Assembly (NCBI GenBank): GCA_051439425.1 | Contig: JBFRWD010000125.1 | Location: 1 to 10,586, forward strand | Direction of reading: 5' to 3' | Source: Synechococcus sp. | GTDB lineage: Bacteria > Cyanobacteriota > Cyanobacteriia > Thermostichales > PCC-7336 | DNA length: 10,586 bases | Part shown: positions 1 through 6,634 of the stretch, piece by piece | Layout: each line of letters begins with the position of its first letter | Position numbering within the stretch: position 1 is the first letter of the stretch | Program-made: the position numbers and the translations under genes | The notes under the pieces: model-generated | Told to the model about the DNA's origin: nothing | What the model saw: only the letters and a program-made list of their open reading frames with translations | Databases searched by the model: none

Positions 1-126
1 TCAGGAATATAGATTGAAAAGCGGGTTAATGGCATAATAGAGAGCAAACGAATCGCGTAAAACCTAGGCCCAGTATGACTTTCTCTTTCATATGGCAGGT
101 TTTTACACGTATCTCGTTATGGGGCC

Positions 127-250
127 ATGTTGGGATTCCAGCGCTTCCAAAGGGCATGAGCTCTCTATTCTTTGCCCGATTGGCCAACTTTAATAGTTGG
201 TCTATTTTCTGCTGCGACTGTTACCCAAATTGGCCTGTTATTGAACCATG
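127..250 (+). repeat. Left copy of a 124-bp inverted repeat (partner at 10463-10586)
   Basis: Manual ungapped alignment of 127-250 to the reverse complement of 10463-10586 gives 111/124 identities; the first 29 nt (ATGTTGGGATTCCAGCGCTTCCAAAGGGC) are identical. Confidence 0.95.
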
Positions 251-384
251 CCACGCTTCCTTTGTCGCATGCTTTCGCTTGGCCATTTGGCAGTCTCCTC
301 GTTACTCGGGATTCTAGACCGCTTACACAAAATTCCGATCGCTCTCCAAAGGCCTACCTCGCATTGAACCTCGCTCTCTACCGT

Positions 385-804
385 CTACTTCTGCAAGGCT
401 TGCATAGCATTCTTCTGCCGCGTCAAAGCCGCACGTAACGACACAAATTGCTTGCGGCGATCGTTGCGCTCCTTTGCCGCTGAATGGACCTCCTCAAGCA
501 ACCCTTTTTCTTTTGCTAGCAAGAACAGCGCCTCCAACAGAGTCTCTCGGCTATGCCCGTGCTGTTTGCAGCCCTCGTCCATCGCTCTCATCAACTCTTC
601 TTCCACATTCAGACGAATCGATTTCAGCTCAGGAATTTCCGGCAATTCAACGGCTTTTACTGCAGGTTTTGGCGTCTTCTCCTTGGCATCTGTTGACTGG
701 ACATCTGGAACAGGTAAAGGCTCGGACTGAGTATTGCCCAACAACCCCAGATCGGACAGCGAGGTGGCCCGATTTCCGCGCAAACGATTGTAAGCATCTG
801 ACAT
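385..804 (-). CDS. Small ParA partner, putative centromere-binding protein (ParG/omega-like, predicted ribbon-helix-helix), 139 aa
   Basis: Translationally coupled to parA through a TAATG overlap at 802-806, with GGAGG upstream. Flexible Arg/Pro-rich N-terminus, then a beta-alpha-alpha-like segment (SIRLNVEEELMRAMDEGCKQHGHSRETLLEALF) and a basic helical tail. The RHH fold is an inference. Confidence 0.7.
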   Translation of the reverse strand: MSDAYNRLRGNRATSLSDLGLLGNTQSEPLPVPDVQSTDAKEKTPKPAVKAVELPEIPELKSIRLNVEEELMRAMDEGCKQHGHSRETLLEALFLLAKEKGLLEEVHSAAKERNDRRKQFVSLRAALTRQKNAMQALQK

Positions 805-1589
805 TAAGCAGCCACCTCCCTGGCACCCAAGGTCTCAATGATTGATTGGAAGGGATACTCCAAATCTTCAAAGCCAATGTCCTTAAGCGACATTCCGCGA
901 TTTAAAGCCTCTTTGTACTTCTGAGACTCCAAAATAGATGGGTATACTTTCCCTCCTGCCCTCTCCAGAATGTTCGACATCTCCTCAACTGCCTGCCGAC
1001 TATCCTTAGATTGATATGCCCCAACCCAACGATCACGAAAAGGTAATGCCCCCAGAAAATCCCCTTGCAATACTCGAAACTTCTTCAATTCGACCAACAT
1101 TTCTAACGTTCTGACGAGCGATTGAACCCCTTTCGAACCTGCTTCAGCAGGAATCAGAATCGCATCAGCCGCTCCAGCCACGGCAACAGCTAGCTGACTC
1201 CTCTGGGGCGGACTATCTAAAATGCAGAAATCGTATTCTCCCTCAATTGCTTCTAAAGCGATTCGCAGCGATAGAGCTGCCATTCCTGAACTGGCCAATA
1301 TCTGCTTTGCTTTCTCCAAACCATCATCGGCAGGAATCACATCTAAATTTTTCTTGGTTGTCGAGTAGATTGCCGATTGCGCCGACACCTCACCTGAAAG
1401 AAGCTCCAATAAGGAAGGCTTGCTTTCGTCAATTTCTACACCGCTGTAGAAAGTCAAATTTGCCTGCGGATCGCAATCCACTGCGAGAGTTTTTCCATGT
1501 TCAGCCAACTTCCTTGCCAACATCAACCCGCTGGTTGTTTTGCCCATTCCACCGGCAAGTGACAAAAACGCAATTTTTTTCATCTGCAT
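804..1589 (-). CDS. parA: ParA/Soj-family partition ATPase (likely start MQMKKIAF at 1589 or 1583, not 1667)
   Basis: Deviant Walker A SLAGGMGKTT, Walker A' AVDCDPQANL, Walker B ILDSPP. The ORF-track extension to 1667 runs into the repeat array. Confidence 0.93.
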   Translation of the reverse strand: MQMKKIAFLSLAGGMGKTTSGLMLARKLAEHGKTLAVDCDPQANLTFYSGVEIDESKPSLLELLSGEVSAQSAIYSTTKKNLDVIPADDGLEKAKQILASSGMAALSLRIALEAIEGEYDFCILDSPPQRSQLAVAVAGAADAILIPAEAGSKGVQSLVRTLEMLVELKKFRVLQGDFLGALPFRDRWVGAYQSKDSRQAVEEMSNILERAGGKVYPSILESQKYKEALNRGMSLKDIGFEDLEYPFQSIIETLGAREVAA

Positions 1590-1639
1590 TACCGACAACA
1601 CACGAACCAAGGCTACAGCCAATACTGGAACCCAGCCAT

Positions 1640-1887
1640 GTGCATATTCGCCTATTCGTACACCCATTTATGCGGGTACACAGGTTGCCGGGTACCTAGC
1701 AGTACGGGTACGCAGATATGATTATCCCTGTATATGCAGGAGGCTGGTTGTCTGTGTATACAGAATCATGCATTCCTTAATACCTGACAGCCTAGGTATA
1801 TGCATACTCGTATATATGTTTATGTCGGTGTAGAGGTTGTGGTGTAAGTACCTATCCAGATAGCTGGATACCCATTCTTACCGGTAC
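1640..1887. repeat. Degenerate 8-bp-periodic tandem array upstream of parA; putative centromere (parS/parC-like) and par operator
   Basis: Cut in phase from 1640, 17 of 31 octamers end in TAC or TAT (e.g. GCGGGTAC, CCGGGTAC, ACGGGTAC, GCAGATAT, CTAGGTAT, CTGGATAC, ACCGGTAC). CGGGTAC recurs at 1673, 1689 and 1705, 16 bp apart. Confidence 0.75.
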
Positions 1888-2132
1888 ATCGGCCCTTCGA
1901 TGATCACTATCAGGGATTTGGTTATTTAAGTCTATACTCCCATCGCATCTGAATGACAAACCAAGTTGCCTTAAACGCTCAGGCCAACAGAGTCGTATCC
2001 TCTTCGTTACACTAAACCTAGCTACCAAAACCCACACACTTGATGCGGCGGTCAATATGTCCTAGGGCATGAAACACCTGCACCTCATCTGTTGGCTCGT
2101 TTGTATTTGTGCTCAATGATCGAGAATTTCCG

Positions 2133-2453
2133 ATGACGCTGGCCATTTCTGCGGAAACTGTTCCACTCACTACTACTTCGGAAGGGGTGGTTAGAGTGGG
2201 TCGTACGCGCGTTACCTTAGACACTGTCGTACTGGCTTTCCTCGAAGGCGCTGCTGCTGAAGATATCCAGCAGCAATATCCCGTCTTGGAATTGTCAGAC
2301 ATTTATTCCACTTTGGGCTACTACTTGAAACACAAAGCCGACGTAGATGCCTACCTATCAACGCGCCAGCAGCAGGCAAAGCTAGTTCAAGAAGAGGCCG
2401 AGCATCGCTTCAAGCCAACTGGCATCCGCGCTCATCTACTGTCGCGCCGCTAG
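2133..2453 (+). CDS. DUF433-family antitoxin (VapB45-like)
   Basis: Typical DUF433 pattern GVVRVGRTRVTLDTVVLAFLEGAAAEDIQQQYPVLELSDIYSTLGYY; ATG at 2133; immediately upstream of a PIN-like gene. Confidence 0.9.
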   Translation: MTLAISAETVPLTTTSEGVVRVGRTRVTLDTVVLAFLEGAAAEDIQQQYPVLELSDIYSTLGYYLKHKADVDAYLSTRQQQAKLVQEEAEHRFKPTGIRAHLLSRR

Positions 2454-2470
2454 TAGAGCGAGCAAAGTAG

Positions 2471-2824
2471 ATGGTGCTTTTTTTGGCCGATGAGAATTTC
2501 AATAATCAAATTGTGCGAGGAATTCTCAGACAAAGAGAATCTGTTGATATTGTTCGCGTGCAAGATGTTGGTCTATCAGGGGCTGACGACCCGCAGGTAT
2601 TGGAGTGGGCGGCACAATACGAACGCGTCGTATTGACTCACGATGTGGCTACCATGGCCGATTTTGCTTACGAGCGGGTAAAAAAGGGGGTGAATATGCC
2701 TGGATTATTTGAAGTTAGCCGGCGCGTATCGGTTGGGCAGGCGATTGAAGAAATATTGTTGATTGACGAACTCAGTCTCGAGGGAGAGTGGGAAGGACAA
2801 GTTAGGTTCTTGCCTTTGAGGTAA
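2471..2824 (+). CDS. DUF5615-family PIN-like toxin (VapC45-like)
   Basis: N-terminal FLADENF, plus GADDPQVLEWA and VVLTHD acidic PIN motifs; 17 bp downstream of the DUF433 gene. Confidence 0.9.
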   Translation: MVLFLADENFNNQIVRGILRQRESVDIVRVQDVGLSGADDPQVLEWAAQYERVVLTHDVATMADFAYERVKKGVNMPGLFEVSRRVSVGQAIEEILLIDELSLEGEWEGQVRFLPLR

Positions 2825-2836
2825 TGTACAACCTTA

Positions 2837-3831
2837 CTAAATGCTAGGGTTGTCGCTCTCTCCAACGTAAGCATCTGCTGCATGTCTGAAAAACGCCTGC
2901 TCTGCCGCCACTTGTAGCGCCTGCTTGGCATACTGCCGATAGCTGCGCTCGTTCTTTGTCTCGTCAGCGTTCTGGCATGCATCCCATCCATCCCCCATAA
3001 AGCCAAATTGGTCGCAAACGTGTGCCTGAGCCGATGGGGCGTCATCCCTTCTAATCCCGCCAGCTCCCCTAATTACCGAATGACATTGCGAATCCCTTGA
3101 TAGCTCAAGCGATGGGTGGGACGGCCCGGTATCAGCGTCACAAACAGCGGAAGCTCGTCTGTTAGCTCCTCCTTTTGCTCCCGCCATTCCAAATACTCAT
3201 CCAACATCACTGTGGCTTGCGGCAATAGCGGCACTTTGCCGGTACTGTCATCCTTGGCCTGGCAAATATCCAATCTCGTGCCGTCGTAATCTCCCACATC
3301 CAGAAGGCTGACATAACCCGCTCTCAATCCGTGTTCCAAAACGGCCAACAACGCCCGATCTCGCCACAGAGTCACCCCTCGATACTTCACAGCTTCTCTG
3401 AGCGCTTGAACTTCTTCGGTATTCAAATCGAATGGGGGTAACTTCGGTAGCTTCTCCAAACTGACGGCTGATGTGGCCAGTTGAGCCCTTTCGACTGGAT
3501 AGGCTCTGAAAAACCAACCGAAAAAGCTTTTCAACGCTGCTAAAACGCGATTGCGAGATGAGGCTTTCAGTTGTTGCTCGATCAAATAAGACTTGTATCG
3601 CGTCAGATCCTTAATACCGACTTGAAACCAGGGTTTGTCGCACCAACTCAAAAAGCGGCGTAGCTCACATCGGTAGGCATTCTCGGTATTCGGAGCCAGA
3701 GATTTTGCTTTGAGAAATTCATCGATGCCCAGCCAGCGAATATCGGGAGGTGAATTATCTGTACTAGAACGGTGATCGCCATTCAGAGACTTCAATACAA
3801 CTGGAGGAATTTTCTCGTCTGATTTTGCCAT
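2837..3831 (-). pseudogene. Tyrosine recombinase (XerC/D-like resolvase/integrase), disrupted
   Basis: SAM-like N-domain (LAPNTENAY..ELRRF), HGLRA (Arg), AKDDS (Lys), HRLRHTFAT (HxxR), then LTR[H]KNERSYRQY. In-frame TAA at 3073-3075 and an apparent 1-nt deletion at about 2957 in the His codon; the C-terminus continues in another frame to TAG at 2837. Start is 3831 or 3882. Confidence 0.88.
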
Positions 3832-3903
3832 AACTAACTCGTCGCCCAATCGGGATGCGCAAGCTTCTGCTATCGGTGCCAATGGCTTACCAATACAATA
3901 ATA

Positions 3904-3940
3904 ATCTGTACGATGCCATCAGAGCAGCGATCGTACAGAT
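3904..3940. promoter_or_regulatory. Perfect 11-bp inverted repeat upstream of the recombinase (binding/res-like site or terminator)
   Basis: ATCTGTACGAT (3904-3914), 15-nt spacer, ATCGTACAGAT (3930-3940). Function inferred from position only. Confidence 0.5.
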
Positions 3941-3961
3941 CACAAGCATCATTGATTTCGC

Positions 3962-4314
3962 TCAGTCTATTCGCGTCAACGCAATTTGTTTCTTGCTCAA
4001 CTTGATTTCAAATTCATCCCCTGGTTCCAATCCCATTTCATTGGTGTAGGCAGCTCCAATCAATAGATTGCCGTTCTTGTGAACTGATACTCGATAGGTA
4101 GCCGTACACCCTCTGAAACTTCCTTTTGGCTCTGCATCAAAGTTCATTCCTTCAACTTCCAGCAAGGCATTGAAGAACGCCATTAAACTAATGCATTCTT
4201 ATCCGTTCTTCGTAGTGGTGACGTAGCCGCATACTCTAGCGATATCCTTCTTATCGGCTTCTTTCATTTGAACAACTTTATCTTATAAATTTTGTCCGGT
4301 TAGTATGCTGTCAT
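3962..4314 (-). pseudogene. abrB: Cyanobacterial AbrB-like transcriptional regulator (cyAbrB), disrupted
   Basis: Reading through the stops gives ILTGQNL*DKVVQMKEADKKDIARVCGYVTTTKNG*ECISLMAFFNALLEVEG...YRVSVHKNGNLLIGAAYTNEMGLEPGDEFEIKL, matching the cyAbrB pattern. In-frame TAA at 4283-4285 and 4199-4201; the nearest ATG (4314) is out of frame. Confidence 0.88.
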
Positions 4315-4672
4315 GTGAAGTTTTTTGGATTCTAAGTACGAATAGTATCAAAGATATTGGCCTCTTTTGACAAGTACTTTTTATGAATTTTATCTTGAGA
4401 TTTCAGTTCTATAATGTGAACTGCTGTCATAAGTCCATTTCAGGCATATCTTGCAAAGGGTTGATACCCGAGAAAAGCAATAGAGTGAATGAAGAATACG
4501 ACATTCAATAGTGGAAAATTCTCCAACCAACTAGCCTTCACTAGCTGATTGCTTGCTAAAAATAACAATCGACCATCACTAATACGGCAATACAATGATT
4601 AAATATTTACAGCAGAGCTCTTGGTAGAGAGTAGAAATCAGAAATAAGCATCAAATATTTTTAGAATAGATG

Positions 4673-6247
4673 TCATGATTTCTTATAGAAAGAAACATGA
4701 TATTTTTTCCCAACATCAGGCACATTGCGGTTCACTATATCGGATAATGATTTAGTTGATTGGATCTCATTCCAGCCAGCTTCGGAAAACGTCTCCTTGT
4801 TAAATACATTTTCCGACAGTAGAGGATTAGTTAGAACAACTGAGAAGGCATCGCTAGCAATCATGCGCTCAATCAGTAATGGAATTGCTGAATTCGGTCT
4901 TGCATCCTCAGCATAGAGACCCACGTAAAATTCGATATTATCAACCTGGCCATACAGCAGCCTTAGTAAATCCTGAGTCTTCTTATCGCTTGAAATCTGA
5001 TCGAAATCGGTTACACGTGGATACTTGCAACGCTCGCGATAATCATTGTAACTGGCAATCTGATTCTCTCTCCCGTATCGAATACTCGCCAACTCCACTT
5101 CATGCAAAAACTCAGGAGTATTAAATAAACCGATTTGAGTTCCAGATTGCAATGAGGTCTCTTCGAAGAGTTCTCCCAGCCCCCGTTTAAGAATCAGTTC
5201 GTTGTTCCACATTGTTGCTGGCATTGGCATTTCTTTGCCTTCATACTGAAGCACCTCAGGCAAGGCACTATGCCAGCGATAGACTAAGCTAAACTCTACA
5301 GTCATTCGATTGGTACGATACCATCTCTCTTTTCTGAATGAATCAGGATGAACAACAACATTAAAATGATATGGCGTAATGTGATTAACGTATTCCTCAA
5401 CAACAATCTTCAGGATTATTACTATTAAAGTATTGCGTGCCGTTTGAAACAGTCTTTCGTCATCCCAATCAGGATTATTCTTCAAAAGTAAATCGCATAA
5501 TCTATTATGCTCTCTCAAACAAAGAACGTTGAGCATAACGTATCCAATCTGTACATTGGATCGCTCAACTCCCATAGCAAAGAAGGCCTCTTTTTTCTTG
5601 CCTTCCACCTCTTCTTGAACGCGCCTTAGAGGTTCATACAATCCTTCAAATTCCTCTTTGAATATATTATTGTGAGCATCTTCATACAGAAAGAGAGGGT
5701 ATTCTTCTCCATTAAGAATCTGACTTTTTAACTTACCATCCTTTTTTAAGCGCAGTTTATCCGTAGATTCTTTGCTTAGCCCATAGAGCGGAGCAAGATC
5801 AATTTCATGATTTGAAGTATTTTGTCTTCTATTCTTTTGATCGACTCTTAAAAAGCCATCAGTAAACCACTGCACCCAGTAGGGAAACAATAAGCTTGAC
5901 TTGTCTGATTCAATGGTTTTACCATCTTGCTTTTCAAATAAAACCTTCAAGTCTTGCAGCGTTGGTAAGTTGCTAACTTCGTTAAATGAAGGATTGGGCG
6001 CAAGATGCCTACCGGTCCACTTACGATTGGTCAAAGACTCCCACGATGTGTAAGGCGCAAGTGTTGAGAAGGTATGAGGGCGATTAGGCAGTTTGTATAC
6101 AACATTATTTATGAGGAGCTTGTTCAAGAAAAGCTTTATAGATCGATTGGATTGAAGGATCATCCAAATCAGCTTGAAATTACTGAGCAAAAAAACTTCC
6201 AGTTTATTTCTGAAGCCATCTCTAGAGGTATCTCTTCTTGGTCTCAT
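4673..6247 (-). CDS. Peroxidase-cyclooxygenase superfamily heme protein; COX-like fatty-acid dioxygenase, 524 aa
   Basis: COX-like motifs: NHEIDLAPLYG, LREHNRLCD, WDDERLFQTAR, KIVVEEYVNH, EFSLVYRWHSALP (cf. COX EFNTLYHWHPLLP: catalytic Tyr and proximal His), SYNDYR, LYGQVDNIEFYVGLYAE, DAFS..LTNP. Confidence 0.9.
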   Translation of the reverse strand: MRPRRDTSRDGFRNKLEVFLLSNFKLIWMILQSNRSIKLFLNKLLINNVVYKLPNRPHTFSTLAPYTSWESLTNRKWTGRHLAPNPSFNEVSNLPTLQDLKVLFEKQDGKTIESDKSSLLFPYWVQWFTDGFLRVDQKNRRQNTSNHEIDLAPLYGLSKESTDKLRLKKDGKLKSQILNGEEYPLFLYEDAHNNIFKEEFEGLYEPLRRVQEEVEGKKKEAFFAMGVERSNVQIGYVMLNVLCLREHNRLCDLLLKNNPDWDDERLFQTARNTLIVIILKIVVEEYVNHITPYHFNVVVHPDSFRKERWYRTNRMTVEFSLVYRWHSALPEVLQYEGKEMPMPATMWNNELILKRGLGELFEETSLQSGTQIGLFNTPEFLHEVELASIRYGRENQIASYNDYRERCKYPRVTDFDQISSDKKTQDLLRLLYGQVDNIEFYVGLYAEDARPNSAIPLLIERMIASDAFSVVLTNPLLSENVFNKETFSEAGWNEIQSTKSLSDIVNRNVPDVGKKYHVSFYKKS

Positions 6248-6634
6248 AACTGGGTACCTAATGTGTAGTATTCGCGAATAGATTCGAGAAGTTTTTTGAG
6301 TGAATTGAATTTCTACATTGACTGGAGTTACCTTAAGTCTGAATATTATCGACTAAAAATAGCAAAGAAAATCAAGCAAACATGCACTATATATTAGAGC
6401 TTTGCTGTGACTCTTTCTATATGTTTTTCTGGACTCTCTCCAAGATATCAAGCTCAAAAGTATTCAGTTCAGCTCATCAAGAAAAGGTGATTGAATACCA
6501 TATTTTCTTTAGACCGAGTCCAATTTAGCCCATCTGTAATCTTCTTGGGCAGTACTCACCTTCATCTACAACTTTCACCGCTCATTTTCAGTCTTTTGAA
6601 GAATCGGCATGAAGGGTGATTCCTATCTGATAGA

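Noticed and set aside
172..438. Paralogous-looking ORFs MPDWPTLI... (172-438 + and 10275-10541 -)
   Set aside because: Similarity is confined to the DNA repeat, the differences are largely non-synonymous, both start at TTG without an RBS, and the sequences diverge completely past the repeat edge.
1590..1667. Hydrophobic N-terminal extension of ParA in the ORF track
   Set aside because: ParA P-loops normally begin within a few residues of the start, and the extension overlaps the repeat/promoter region.
1640..1887. CRISPR array or rep iterons
   Set aside because: There are no 23-47-bp repeats with unique spacers and no cas genes; the period is 8 bp and the array adjoins parA, not rep.
2668..3187. 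ORFs 2668-3045 and 2837-3187 as independent genes
   Set aside because: Each carries a fragment of the broken recombinase C-terminus; the rest is out-of-frame or antisense to the toxin gene.
3073..4285. TAA reassigned to Gln (alternative genetic code) as the explanation for three in-frame TAA codons
   Set aside because: parA and the PIN toxin end normally at TAA, the long genes have no internal TAA, and the same pseudogenes also carry frameshifts.
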